The translations under genes and the position numbers were made by a program. A DNA stretch of 64,000 nt from Octopus vulgaris (Eukaryota): NCBI GenBank assembly GCA_951406725.2, contig OX597827.1:57660001-57724000 (forward strand), given 5' to 3'. Shown one piece after another: positions 28,396-41,999 of this stretch; within the stretch, counting starts at the first letter, position 1; every line of letters starts with the position of its first letter. The notes below the pieces were generated by a model. The model saw only the letters and a program-made list of their open reading frames with translations. It had not been told where the DNA came from and did no database searches.

Positions 28396-30683
28396 GGTAA
28401 TATAGATATTTAACAACCAGTAATAATTCCTAACCATAAACCACTTGATCATTAAGTTCAACCTAGAAAGAATAACTTACTTGCTAAGTATTACGACTTG
28501 TTATTTACTAACCATATGGCTTAGTGGTTAGTGAGTTTCATTCAGAACTATATAATCACAGTTTTGATTTCTGGACAAGTTGATGCTTTGGGTTCTTAAG
28601 CAAATTACTTCATTTCACATTGCTCCAGTCCACACAACTGTAACAGAATAATCCTACAAGGATATCCTGTTCTGGGGAAATGTGATTTCAGTCACGTTTA
28701 TGCCATGGAAATTGGATAACTGGTCCTATCAGCCGTAGGACTTAAGAGCGTAATGTGTTTTGTCTCTGAAAAATACTGTGAGAGTAGAACTCGTGCAAAC
28801 AATGGAAACTGGATGCCCTTCCTAATACCAACCACTTTACAGAGTATTTTTCAACAGGTTACTGGTATGGGTGTCCTTCACATGTCACCAACATGGGTAC
28901 CTTTTACACATCATCAACAAGGGTATTTTTTATGTGTCACCAAGCACTGACAACAACCAAGATTCACTGAGCTTGATGTGTCTTCTCAAACACAGCAAAT
29001 TGCCAGAAGTCTTGATCACTTGTCTTTTCAATTTAAAAATGTGCTCCTAGATACATACACTATGTCTGAAAGAAGATAAGGCAAGTATGATTTGCATGTT
29101 TTTGACCATAGATCTGCCCAATTAGGGACTAAACAATCATCAAAGTGAACACATGAGTACCATCATTGTTTAAGTCAGCTTGGAAACAAATAATATTGAT
29201 AGACATGAAAGAAAAAAAAAAAGAAAATTATATATAATCATTTCTATTATAAAACAATTTATTTCATATTAAAAGGTCACTGTATCTAATAAAATTTTTA
29301 AATGTTTTCCTTTGGCTAAACAATTCTAAATTACATAATCGATTCAAAGTTTTGGAGAATGAATTGTTTTTTAACTGCTGCCTGAGGGTGCTTTTATGTG
29401 GTCAATTGACCTGCTAGAAACAGCAGCAAAATATCCATCAAGTAGCATTTAACTGTCTTAAAAAAATACATTATTTAAAATAGGCTTGGATATCTCTCAA
29501 AAAATTAGTATGGTCACTTTTGATCATAGGTCTATTTAATCAGAATTTACCCTATAGGTAGATAACAACACAGCTAAGGTTGCCCAAGAGCTATAATACC
29601 TTACAACACCAGATGAATAATTCCAAATACCTGAAGAGAGGTTCATACAATCTAATAAAAGAACCACACAATTTTTCATTATACCTGATATTACTATATC
29701 AACTGTCAGACCCATTTTCTCCCTTCTCTAGAGCAGTATTTCCCAGTCAATTTAGCCTTGCAGAACCTTTGAAATACATTCCATGTTTTTAAAAATCTGT
29801 ACAAGAAAAAAAAAATTTTAAGTGCAAGTATAGCTGTGTGTTAAGAAGTTTATTTCCTAACCACATGGTTCCAGGTTCAGTCCCACTGTGTGGCATCTTG
29901 GGCAACTTTAGATCACATTAATCCTTTTACTGTGGAAATCAGATATAACTACTCAAAATTTCATTACCTTTAATAGCAGAAAGCAGTTTTAAATACTAAT
30001 CTACCTTTTGTTGAAGAATGTCATGTTTGAAACTATTTTTTATTGAGATATGTCAGTAGATATTTACCATCATTACTGGAATAACCATAAAATTTAATTT
30101 CAGAGCAAAAGGGTTAGACTTGAAGTTTGTATCAAAGAACCTGAAGAGGTCTCAAAAGAGTTGAGAAATCTTATCTCATCCAAAACCTTGCTAAGACGAA
30201 ATTCCCCTACAATTCTGTATTAAGGTACTTTTTCCCTGTAAGATCTTAAAACAGAGATGCTAGGATTTCTCAGCCTTAGGGAATACGCTGTGCATGCAGA
30301 ACGAAATTACAAATATAGAATAAAGTCTTATTTCTAGTGGAAGCCATAGCGACTGCTTGCAAAACTCTGGTTGAGAAATGCTGCTCTCAGGAGAGTGAAT
30401 ATAAGCTTTCAAGTTTGGTGCTTCTGTAATGATGAAAACAGTTGATACTTTAAAAGCAAAGACCCATCACCGAAAACGTGTTATGTGCAAATCAAATCAT
30501 ACAAAAATGAAAAATAAAAACAATAAAAACTAATTTCTTTTAAACTTGTTATAACATTGGTCAATAAGGCTTAGGTTTATAGTCTTACAATCCCACTATT
30601 TAACAGTACCATACTAAATATCATCTTATGCAATAGTACAGTATTATAACTAGACTCTTTCTAACTGCATGCACATCAATAAT

Positions 30684-31034
30684 AATCCTGTCTACTAAAG
30701 GCACAAGGCCTAAAAATTGGGGGAGGGGGACAGTTGATTACACTGACCCCAGTACTCAACTGGTACATATTTTATTGAACCTGAAAGTGGAATTTGAACC
30801 CAGAACATAAAGATGGCTGAAACATCTATTTCTTTACTACCCACAAGGGGCTAAACACACAGAAGGGTCAAACAAGGACAGACAAACAGATTAAGTCAAT
30901 TATATCAACCCCAGTGCGTAACTGGTACTTATTTAATCGACCTCGGCGGAATTTGAACTCAGAACGCAGCAGCAGACGAAATACCGCTTGGCATTTCACC
31001 TGGTGTGCTAACGATTCTGCCAACTCGCCGCCTT
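30684..31034 (-). mobile_element. Head-to-tail dimer of the Meta-like SINE family
   Basis: A full monomer (31034 to about 30828) runs directly into a 5'-truncated monomer with a different tail (GGCCTTGTGCC...GGATTATT). Other copies near 40712-40930, 58266-58410, 61420-61640 and 62102-62325. Confidence 0.8.
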
Positions 31035-32346
31035 TAAGAATAATAATAATAATATCAGTATTCCTAATTAGCTAATGAAAACAAAACATCCAAATACCAA
31101 CTGAGGTGGTCAAATAGTGTCTCAAGTTGGATTATTGAATAGTGATTTTATACAATTTAAATACTGCTATGGTTGAATATCTTTCTTTTTTTTTTATACT
31201 ATTATCATTAATCACTATTAATCAACATTTAATAATACCCAGCAGCTCTATAAGCAATTTTTCCCCCCCTTTCACTCATATTTAAATTGAACAGGAAAGA
31301 TTTAACCCTTAGCATTCAGATTAGTCTCAAATGTAATGCTTATTTATTCACACAGTTTTAAATTAATCATGCATTATTTTGCAGCTTCAATATTTCAATG
31401 ACGGGACTGTATACTTTCAGAATGACATTGTAGGGTTGATGTGAGAGATCAGATCTGGTCACGAAGCAGGTAGAATATTTAGGCCAGAATATAGCCAGTT
31501 TAAATGTCATTTGTTTAATACCTTGCCAGAACAGTACATCTCTTGTAATGATGACTCTCTAGATGAGAAGCCACCATTCTGTTTTTTTCACTCAACTGCT
31601 GTGACATTTCATCATATTAAAAATAGCCAGAGAATATTGTCAATAATTAAAATATATCTAACATACAAGGTTATTTGAAAACTATAGGGATATACATTAT
31701 ATATAAACTGGTACTCGATTGGTTATGATGACGAGAGTTCCAGTTGATCAGATCACAGAAAAGCTTGTTTATGAAATTAATGTGCAAGTGGCTGAGCACT
31801 TCACAGACATGCATACCCTTAACATAGTTCTCAGAGAATTTCCTGGCTCTTTGAAATATAGGTACTACTAATTTTTGCCAGCTGAATGGACTGGGGCAAC
31901 AAAAAATAAAGTGTCTTGCTCAAGGACACAAAGTGTCACCAGGTATCAAACTTATAACCTCACAATCGTGAGCTGAATAATCTATCCACTAAGTCACACC
32001 ACTTTTCCATGGTTGCATGGGTCAAAGTCAACCAGATGTCCCTCCTGTTGTCAACCCTCAACTGTTTCCAAGCAAAGTAATGTTTTCCCATGCTGAGAAA
32101 TGTTTGCACAGAATATTGCAAATGAGTGACATTCTTATACAACAATAATGCAATGTCAAGACAAGGAGACACAGAGAGACAGACAGACACATAGACGGAG
32201 GTTCTTTCACTTTTCATCCACCACATCCACTCATAAGGCTTTGGTTGCACCAGGGTTATAGAAAACTCTTACCAAAAGGTACCACATAGGACTGGACCTG
32301 TAACTATGCAGCCTGGAAGCAGACTTCTTAATCAAACAGCCATATT

Positions 32347-32670
32347 CCATATTTGATGGCCTATAAGATGCACCTTTTCTTTTTTTTTTTTACCCAAAAA
32401 TGGCTTTAAAAATCCACAAGCATCCAGTGCACTCAATGTAGGCTCAAACTCACACAAAACGGTATGTATGTTTACAAAATGTGTGCTGCCATCTATCGTA
32501 TATTTATATCGAATGTGGAAGCAATAAATTGCTTATAATTACCAGCAATAACATAGTTATATAGGTAAGTGGAGGAATTAAAACATTATTTTAGTGGTAA
32601 TTTATTTTACAAAAGTATAGCCTAGGCTGCGTCCTATGCACTTGTGCGTCTTATAGGCCATCAAATATTG
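32347..32670. mobile_element. Tc1/pogo-type MITE
   Basis: TIRs ATATTTGATGGCCTATAAGATGCAC / GTGCGTCTTATAGGCCATCAAATAT. Confidence 0.75.
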
Positions 32671-32680
32671 TGTGTGTGGG

Positions 32681-33123
32681 TATATATATATATACACACA
32701 AACACACATATATACACGCATAAATATACATACACACATATGCATACAAATATATACATATATATACAAACATATATACATACAAATATATACATATATA
32801 TACAAACATATATACATACAAATATATACATATATATACAAACATATATACATACAAATATATACATATATATACAAACATATATACATACAAATATATA
32901 CATATATATACAAACATATATACATACATATATATATACATATATGTATACAAACATACATATATATACACACATACATACATATATATATATACACACA
33001 TACATACATATACACACATACATACACACACATACATACATATATATATATACACACATACATACATATATATACACACACATACATACATATATATACA
33101 CACATACATACATATATATACAC

Positions 33124-33182
<59 letters not shown>
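32681..33182. repeat. Compound (TA/CA) microsatellite with a 36-bp higher-order unit
   Basis: TACAAATATATACATATATATACAAACATATATACA repeated about 5 times, which explains the 12-aa periodicity of the spurious ORFs. Confidence 0.95.
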
Positions 33183-33184
<2 letters not shown>

Positions 33185-34434
33185 CATGAACTATGTAGAG
33201 ATAAGATGGATGTAATAAGGATAGTGAAGGGGTGAGACAGAAACACATAGAAAGAGGGAGAGAGAGAGGCATACATGAAAGCTACCTCTCTACACTACAG
33301 TACTGCTTGTTCTCAAAAATATTAACAATATATATACTAAGGAATAATTTTTTCATGGTGGAAGAAAATAACCTAATTTGCATTGAAAGAATGTTTTATG
33401 ATCTAAGGTTGTCAAAATCAAAAACAAAAAGAAAAGTGACAATAACGGGCATTGTTACAACATAGCACAACAGCTAAAAGACAAAAAGGAGGACAGCTGA
33501 AGAGGACCAAGCTTCCAATGGAAGTAGGTGTGTCAACAGGACAATTACTTTTTATTGAAACCATATAAAGCAGTTCCTTTTAATGAAAAACAGACTAGAT
33601 GTATGAACACATGGTAAAGTTCTTGTGGCTTGTCATTGTAGGAAAAAAAAAAAAACCATCTGGACTTATGTTGAGATAGGTTTGGAAATTTGAAATTTAT
33701 ATCAGAAAGTAAAGATGCACAGAATATACACATTTTAACTGTTTAGAATTAAGATTACTGTCAATTGTAATGCTTATTTATTCACATTGTTTTAAATTAA
33801 TCATGCATTATCTCCAATGTAGTAGTTTATTTTTAAATGTGGCCGTTACCAGCCTCCGGTGGCATGTAAAAAGCACCATCTGTACGTGGCCGATGCCAGC
33901 ACTGCCTTGACTGGCTCATGGAGTGGTTGGCGTTAGGAAGGGCATCCATCTGTAGAAACACTGCCAGATCAGACTGGAGTATGGCACAGTCTCCTGGCTT
34001 CCCAGATCCCAGTCGAACCGTCCAACCCATGCTAGCATGGAAAACGGACGTTAAACGATGAAGATGATTGTAAGGTAGGTGTGAGAGACTTGATGTGCCC
34101 AATTTTAACATAAAACGGATAAAATAGTTGGGCTGGATATATAGCCAGTTGAAATGTTACTATTAATTTTTCCTACATATAAAGATCTTAAAATTCTCAG
34201 ACATTGGTAGCCATGTATAGTACCATTTCATCCTTTTTCAGAATCATCAGCAAAACATAATGCAAGGCTACATTAAATATTTTATGAAGGTAACCCTTGA
34301 GCATTCAGATCATTCTGTCAAATACAATGCTTCAGGACATAAATTTACTTGAAATTCTGATGGAAGTTTTAGTTGAGATCACTTTTAAAATGAAAAGTTT
34401 GTGTCACAGAACCAGGAGCAAGGGATAGTATTAA

Positions 34435-34654
34435 CCCTTTCGTTACTGTATTTCTATTGAGATGCTCTGTGTTTCTTTCAATTACTTTAAATATACCAAA
34501 GAATTTAGTAAAATAACTTAGTTATCATTCAGCTAGTGTTATGGACATAAATTGTAACTAAGGTTTGGTGGAAGATTTTAATTCAAAACTTATGAAAACA
34601 AGACATATGTACTCAGAGCCAGAGCCGGTTTCAGCTGGGTTGGTAATGAAAGGG
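34435..34654. mobile_element. piggyBac-type MITE, family B
   Basis: TTAA|CCCTTTCGTTAC...GTAATGAAAGGG|TTAA. Degraded relatives near 3950-4121, 14640-14835, 15898-16112 and 36250-36410. Confidence 0.9.
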
Positions 34655-36603
34655 TTAAGACAGGATACACTTTAGATGCTTTCACAGTCAGTGAACTGTA
34701 GTTATGTAGGGTGGGGAACCAACTTCCAAAGTACAATTATATCAACCCTAGTACTTGACTGGGTACTTATTGACTTTGGAAGGATTTAAACTATTTGAAC
34801 TAAGAACATAAAAGGAGCCAACTAATTACCACAAAGTGTTTTGACCAACACTATCAATTCTGCCAGCCACTACAGTGATTTTTTTACACATTTCAGTCAT
34901 TTGACTGTGGCTATGCTGGAGCACTGCCTTAGGTGTGTATATTTACTTTATAAGTTTAAGAATAAAGACCCTATTTTCTTCCCTCCATTTAAAAAACATA
35001 AAAATGTTTGCAAACATTTCTCACAGATCATAATAACAAAATAAGGAAATTTAATTTTCCTCACTAACATAACTGGTGGTGGTGGTGGATTAATACTGAG
35101 AACCCAGACTTGTCTTTCATAATAGTAAACAGTAACAAGAGCACTTTGCTGTTTGTAGCAACAGTACTATGAGATATTGGCAAATTTCCAGCTGGCAATA
35201 TGACTGTGACATGAAATGAAGGATTTGCCAAATAAGTCAACACCCAACTTCTGATGTATCTTAGATTTTACAAAAAGCAACAGGAAAGTGTCATTGCTTC
35301 ATATTAAAAAATAAAAAACAAAAATGAATTGATTGAAATTAAACTATATAGCCAGCAAATGCACAATGTGGAATTGTTGACGAAATAGCACAAAACTAAA
35401 TATGAAGCGTTCAAAATTCATTATCAAAGCAGCTTTGTATAGACAAACTACATATGGAAAATAGTAGATAAATTCTCTATTGTAGAGACAATTTATTCAA
35501 TTGGACTAATAGAGTCAATGATAAGCATTATGATACATTCTGTTTAAAGTCATGAAATTTCTCAATCCATTTATTACTTGCCTACACACTGAAGAACTGA
35601 CAGCAAAAATATGGACTTGGAAAATGTCTAGAGAGGATGTCAGCATTATTGATGGGATGTTACATGTAGAGACTGGGTCATCATCACGGTCTTTTCCATT
35701 TTGCCATGGTTGAAGTTTGTTTCCCAACTACAAGCTTTCAATACGGCACATTGGGCAATTGCAGTCTTGTATAGCACTAACCCAACCAAAGCCTTCTCAG
35801 TGGATTTGATAGCAGGGAAACTGAAAAGAACCCTTCTTATATACATATACATGCATGTGCACGTGTGTATAAGATTAAAAAATTACATACATGAACAAGA
35901 AAGGAACATATGAAAAAATTGCACAGAAGACAGACATGCTCTCCCTTATCATCCAAAAATCCTATGTGTGCATGCTTGAATATGTGTGTGCATGCATGTG
36001 TGTTTCCTTGTTTTGACTGAGCAGTAGCTGTAAATATGCATCACCATAATACAAGTGATGTTGTTCACATCCAGTCTTCTGTGAAAATATGTCCAGTTAT
36101 ACGGAAAATATTAGCTTGTTTGGAAACAGATGAGGATTAGTAACAGGAAGGGAACCCATCTGCAGAAAACTTGCTTCAACAAATTCTGTCTAACCCTTGC
36201 AAGCATAGAAAAGTAGACAATAAAAGGGTGATGACAATGAGGAAGGTTCCATTTCTATTTGAAAATTATAAAGAATTTAATAAAACGTCATTATTAAGCT
36301 GGTGTTTGGAACATAGCATGAAACTTTAAAAGATTTTCATTTACTTTAAAACAAGAAGTTTGTATCATAAAATCAAGAGCAGTCCTTAGGCAGACTGATT
36401 TTGAAAGGGTTTAAGACAAGTCCTTACAAATACTTAACTACAATTGGTGACATTTTGCACCAGTTCACAAAGGATTTCAATAACTTATCCAGAAGCTAGC
36501 TGGATTTTATTTTTATCACTCAAAATTTTAAGTACTAAAGTATTTTATTAGTCAGAATGCACAAGAATTTACAAGGACTTTATGAACTTCATTTAATGGA
36601 AGC

Positions 36604-36637
<34 letters not shown>

Positions 36638-37527
36638 CACTGAAAGTGAAATTTAAAAAAAAAAAAGCATTTTCCGAAAGATAATGAAGTTGTATGGGAA
36701 TTTGGTGAGAACAGAATAAAAACAGATTAACAAATGTTGCTGGGGAAGAAAAAAAATCAAAAATATATTAAACCTAGAAAAATATAAAATGAAATCCTGA
36801 AGACTAGGTTGAACACATCTGACTCAAAAAGGTTCATTAAGAAGAGATGTGAAGTGAGATAATTTAATGCTGTATGTCAGCATATAACAAAAAGAAGAGA
36901 AAAAAGGAATACAAACACAATGATAAAAAGATTATAATTTTGAAACCCCCATAATGACAGATTACAAAATACTATTATAATGCTTCTTTTAGGCCTAGAT
37001 TCCTCCAATCTATAATCAGTTCAAGTGTTTTGCTTTTATGTTCTATTTTGGCAAGTGTCAAGTTAACCAATTTTACCCATCCATCCTTCCGTTTGCAACC
37101 AAACATATTCTGTATCTGCTACAGAATGATTTAAGCATGTTGAGCATTTTCTGTAATAGAATTATTATGCATAGAAGTAACAGACATGTCACTTATGAAC
37201 TTATGATTATATTACCCAATGACATTTCATAAAACAGAATGTTCAAGAAGTACAAGTAAGTAATATGTAGTGTATACACATTCACTCACTCACACACTCT
37301 CTCTCTCTCACACACACACAGACACAGAGCTTTTCCCTAAAGAATACAAAAAGTAAAATATGTCCAAGTCAGTTACTGAAACCTCGCTTAACATAAACAT
37401 AGGCATATTGTACTGACATGGTGGTAGAAAAAAACTGGGAAATATAAAAACAGTCCTATTAAAAAAAAAAAAAGACGCCCTGCTGTGGATAAAAGTTTTG
37501 AAGTTGATAAACGGCAATAAACAAATA

Positions 37528-37702
37528 TATATACTACATATGTGGGAAATTCTGGATGTGGATGTGTTTGTAGACTTGTTAGCTACATCGTTTTATCGAT
37601 TTTGCTGAAACTTGACATGTGAGTAGAACTCATGTCTGGAAACCTCATGGCATACTCAGATTGTTGAAAAAAATTCGATAATGGGCCCCTAGAAGGGATC
37701 CT

Positions 37703-37763
<61 letters not shown>

Positions 37764-38525
37764 AATATATTTCATATTTTAACATATATATATACATATA
37801 TATATATATCTAATATATTTCATTTTAACAGTTAAAAGAAATAACCCATTCACTCAGATTTTAACAGCCAAAGGTAATAACCCATTCATTTTCCTATATC
37901 ATTTGGTATAAATCAAATTGAGTATGCTTATTTCATAGCATTTGAACTGTTAGAGTTATTTTTGCAATTTATCTAGTACAACGCTTATACAATTAAATAG
38001 TATTTTCCTAAACAATAGATCCACCTATTTCAATTAGTGACTTATTCACGAATATACCAACACTAGCGTCGCTGAGGGTAATATTCTCTGGGAACACACG
38101 AAAGCCCTTTCCAGAGTTATTTACTGTGAATTGTTATCTCATATCTGATTAGCCTGTTATTATGTAACAAGCTTCACGATTTTAGTATACATACCTTATT
38201 AATATTTCCTCCTAAGTTCTATATACTCTGGGAATGCATTAAAACCCTTTTCAGGATTACTTTATTAGAATTCTTAATACCAGGTAACCAATTTCCTGTT
38301 ATTACACAACTGACTTCACAATTTGGGTATGCATAACTTATTGGGAATTCCTAAAAACAAGATCCTATGAAAGACAGTTCAGTATTCTCTGTAAATGCAC
38401 AAAAACTGTTTTAAGGGCTACATACTTTGTATTGTTGTTATTGGTTAGCGAAACATGAGAATAGAACCAAGGGATAAGCCCCGCTTTCCCAGGAATTATT
38501 GAGTACGTCAGCAAACTTCTCAACT
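37528..38525 (+). mobile_element. Probable degraded Helitron/DINE-like element with internal tandem repeats
   Basis: 5' region shares CGATTTTGCTGAAACTTGACA with the 39846 element (CGATTCTGATGAAACTTGACA). Three degenerate units of about 140-160 bp at about 38080-38440. The 3' CTAG is not intact. Confidence 0.45.
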
Positions 38526-38765
38526 ATACAGTCATTCTTGCACCTAATATGTGTGTTTACATTTGTTGTTAAATCGAGTATTGTGTCCTACTATGTCTCA
38601 AAGCAGTTCATCAAGCAGAAATCTATAAAATAAATGCCAGATTGAAATATGTACTGAGATCAGTATGGTTAATCAAATTTTTGAAGGTGAGCCCCCATCA
38701 TGGCAACAGTCAAAAGACTAAACCCAGTAAAATAATGTTTAAAGATTTAATGGCTTCAAATTTAA

Positions 38766-38983
38766 CCCTTTAGCATTCAGATTACTGTCAAATGTAAAGC
38801 CTGTTTAATCACATTGTTTAAAATTAATTGTACAGCATCTTGTAACTCTGAGATTTTCATGATGTCCCTGTTTATTTTTAAAATGACTTTGTAGGGTAGG
38901 TGTGAGGGGTCAAAGCTGGCTGGTTTGAGCATAAAACAGGAAGACAATTTTGGCCTGATATGGCCGGTTTAAACACTAAAGGG
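38766..38983. mobile_element. piggyBac-type MITE, family A
   Basis: TTAA|CCCTTTAG...CTAAAGGG|TTAA with both TTAA sites intact. Confidence 0.9.
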
Positions 38984-39845
38984 TTAAGGTAATGGATTAC
39001 TAATCAGAAAATAATTAGTTGAAAACTTCCTATTGAACTTCCACCCTTTTCAATAGCAGTGTATGTACATCTCAGTCTACTCGACTTCCAACAATTAACT
39101 GTAATTTGAAGTTGAATGGTTAGCAATAAGAAAGCAGTCCAGATTTCTTGAAAAATTATTATTCATGCAGAGTTGCCTTCCTTAGCTAAAGACCTCAAAA
39201 TTGTGTGACCTGACCTCGTTTCCATGGTTATTTTTGTAGTAAAAAAGAATTCTTGTGCAAAAAACATACTTTACTTGGTAGCTGAAAGATTACCGAATCT
39301 TGATATCTCATACGTCAAAACTAGCAACTCAGTTTTCAAATCCATGAGGAACATACATGCACGCACACACACACACACACACAAACTCTGTTTTATATAT
39401 TAAGATATAAGAGGGAATCACCTGAACAGTTGTCTCTCCCCCACCAACTTTGGCACGGTGACAATTCTTCTAGCAGGATATCCTAGAGAGATAATTATTC
39501 AGATGAGGTCAGATTGAGGCCAGCCGAAAGGATTGCTTAGAGGCAAAGGGCATGATGTATTAATTTGCGAATTTATTGTTTCCACAGCATGAAACTAAAA
39601 GTAGCTCATATTTAAATGAAATGTATATTAAATGATACATATATATGTACACACACACACACACACATGCAGAGATATCATCATCAGCTAACATCTGTTT
39701 TCCATACTAGAATGGGTTGGATGGTTTGACCAGAGGTGCAAGCAGGAGAGCTGCACAAGGTTCCAGCCTGATTTGCTACAGCTGGATGCCCTTCCTAACA
39801 CCAACCACTTTAGAGTGTGTTGGGTGCTCTTTCAATGTGGGTATA

Positions 39846-40276
39846 TCTCTCTCTATATAAATGGCAGTTTGTCTGTCTGTGTGTCTGTCAGGTTGTACCC
39901 TCACCCTGACCACGGCTTTCAACCGATTCTGATGAAACTTGACACACACATAGCCCAATGTTATAATTCAAAACTAACGCAGCAGAAATTTTTAAAAGTT
40001 CCCCAGTTCTGAAAAAAATTGATAAATTCGACATGGGGTCGAGAATCTAAGCTTTTTATATGTAACACATTTTCTGTCTAGGGGACACAACTCGACCATT
40101 TTATCGCCCAAAGGGACAGCTAGGAACATCGTATACACAGAAGTATTCGAGTGAAGAGAAGACATTGCAACCTACACATGCGCCTTCATTCCCTAGAGGG
40201 AAAGGACTAGATTGGGATTAGTCGTTGCCTACTAGGGGCTCTTACATACTCAGGCAACGCCGAGCTATGCTGCTAG
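39846..40276 (+). mobile_element. Non-autonomous Helitron
   Basis: Starts TC after A and ends CTAG before T. Subterminal hairpin CTCAGGCAACGCCGAG lies 8 nt before CTAG; a (GTCT)n-like tract near the 5' end; no TSD. Confidence 0.85.
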
Positions 40277-40294
40277 TATAGATATATATGTGTC

Positions 40295-40525
40295 TGTATA
40301 AAGGTTTTATTTTCCTTGTTTATATATATAGTTAATCCAAACACGAAAACACAACAACGCGAGGACGTGGAACAAGTATAGTATTATTGGACACTCAGGA
40401 AAGAAGGAGGCTTCAACGTTTCGAGTGGAGCTCTTTGTCAGAAACATAGGAAAAGGAAAGATCCAAAGAAGGGAAGATGGAGGAAACAAATCGCCAACGG
40501 TACACACGTGGTCACATTTTGATAT
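40295..40525 (-). mobile_element. Penelope-like element terminal remnant with degenerate minimal hammerhead
   Basis: Minus strand CTGACAA-A-GAG-CTCCA-CTC-GAAACGTT (about 40441-40415) resembles CUGANGA-stem II-GAAACGUH with a G8-to-A change. Confidence 0.5.
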
Positions 40526-40948
40526 ATAATATGGTGGTGGGTATGAACATGCACACACACACATGCAAAGGTGAAAAAAATACGTTTTGCTCCAGGTCTG
40601 TCTTTACTGAGCAGAAGTTCTGTGGTAAGTGCCTATACATGAAACTCCCAGCCCTTGAGTCACTAACTTCTGCTGCTACTGCTGCTTCTTAATAATAATA
40701 ATAATAATAATGCTGGTTTCAAATTTTGCCATAAAGGCAGAAATTTTAAAGGGGGGGATAAGTCGTTTTCCTTGGCCCCCAGCGTTTCACTCGTACTTAT
40801 TTTATCGACCCTGAAAGGATGAAAGGTAAAGTCAACCTTAGCAGAATTTGAACTGAGAACGTAGCGATGGGCAAAATACTGCTAAGCATTTCGTTGAGAG
40901 CGCTAATGATTCTGCCAGCTTAATGCCTTAATAATAATAATAATCATC

Positions 40949-41130
40949 ATCATCATCATTTAGCGTCCACTTTCCATGCTAGCATGGGTTGGACGGTTCA
41001 ACTGGGGTCTGTGAAGCCAGAAGGCTGCATCAGGCCCAGTCTGATCTGATGCAGCCTTCTGGCTTCACAGACCCCAGTTGAACCGTCCAACCCATGCTAG
41101 CATGGAAAGCGGACGCTAAATGATGATGAT
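40949..41130. repeat. 85-bp inverted repeat formed by two RTE 3' ends
   Basis: Arms 40949-41033 and 41046-41130 are complementary with one mismatch; 12-nt loop. Confidence 0.95.
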
Positions 41131-41569
41131 TATACATCTTTATCATTTACTTACTTCAGTCATTAGATTGCAACAATGCTGGGGCACCCCTCTGAAGAAT
41201 TGTTTGTCAAATGATTAGACTCCAGTACTTTTTTTTAAAAACCTGGTATTTATTCTATCCATCACTTTTGCCAAACCGCTAAGTTACAGAGACATAAACA
41301 CACCAACAGCCAACAACCATTGTCAAGCGGTGGTGGGGGACAAACAGACAAAGACACACACATGGCTTTGGTCGGCCTGAGGCTATTGTAGATGACACCT
41401 GCCCAAGGTGCCAGGCAGTGGGACTGAACCTGGAACCATGTGGTTTGGGAAGCAAGCATTTTAACATATATAGGCAAATTACGTAAATGCTGAATTCGGA
41501 AACAGTATCAATGGCAGAGAGGGGGAGTGAAGTCCAAAATGTAGCGCGTGCATAAATGTAGTATATATA

Positions 41570-41967
41570 TATATACTCTTTTACTCTTTTACTTGTTTCA
41601 GTCATTTGACTGCGGCCATGCTGGAGCACCGCCTTTAGTCGAGCAACTCGACCCCGGGACTTATTCTTTTGTAAGCCCAGTACTTATTCTATCGGTTTCT
41701 TTTGCCGAACCGCTAAGTAAAGGGGACATAAACACACCAGCATCAGTTGTCAAGCAATGCTAGGGGGACAAACACAGACACACAAACATATACACACACA
41801 CTTATACATATATACGACAGGTTTCTTTCAGTTTCCGTCTACCAAATCCACTCACAAGGCTTTGGTCGGCCCGAGGCTATAGTAGAAAACACTTGCCCAA
41901 GGTGCCACGCAGTGGGACTGAACCCGGAACCATGTGGTAGGTAAGCAAGCTACTTACCACACAGCCA

Positions 41968-41970
<3 letters not shown>
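41570..41970 (-). mobile_element. OR-type CORE-like SINE, young copy
   Basis: Nearly identical to 47326-47728, CpGs retained, sits in a (TA)n tract. Confidence 0.9.

Positions 41971-41999
<29 letters not shown>

Noticed and set aside
32602-33276. Several ORFs of 178-224 aa
   Set aside because: Microsatellite artefacts; the same applies to 43838-44434 and 53541-54148.
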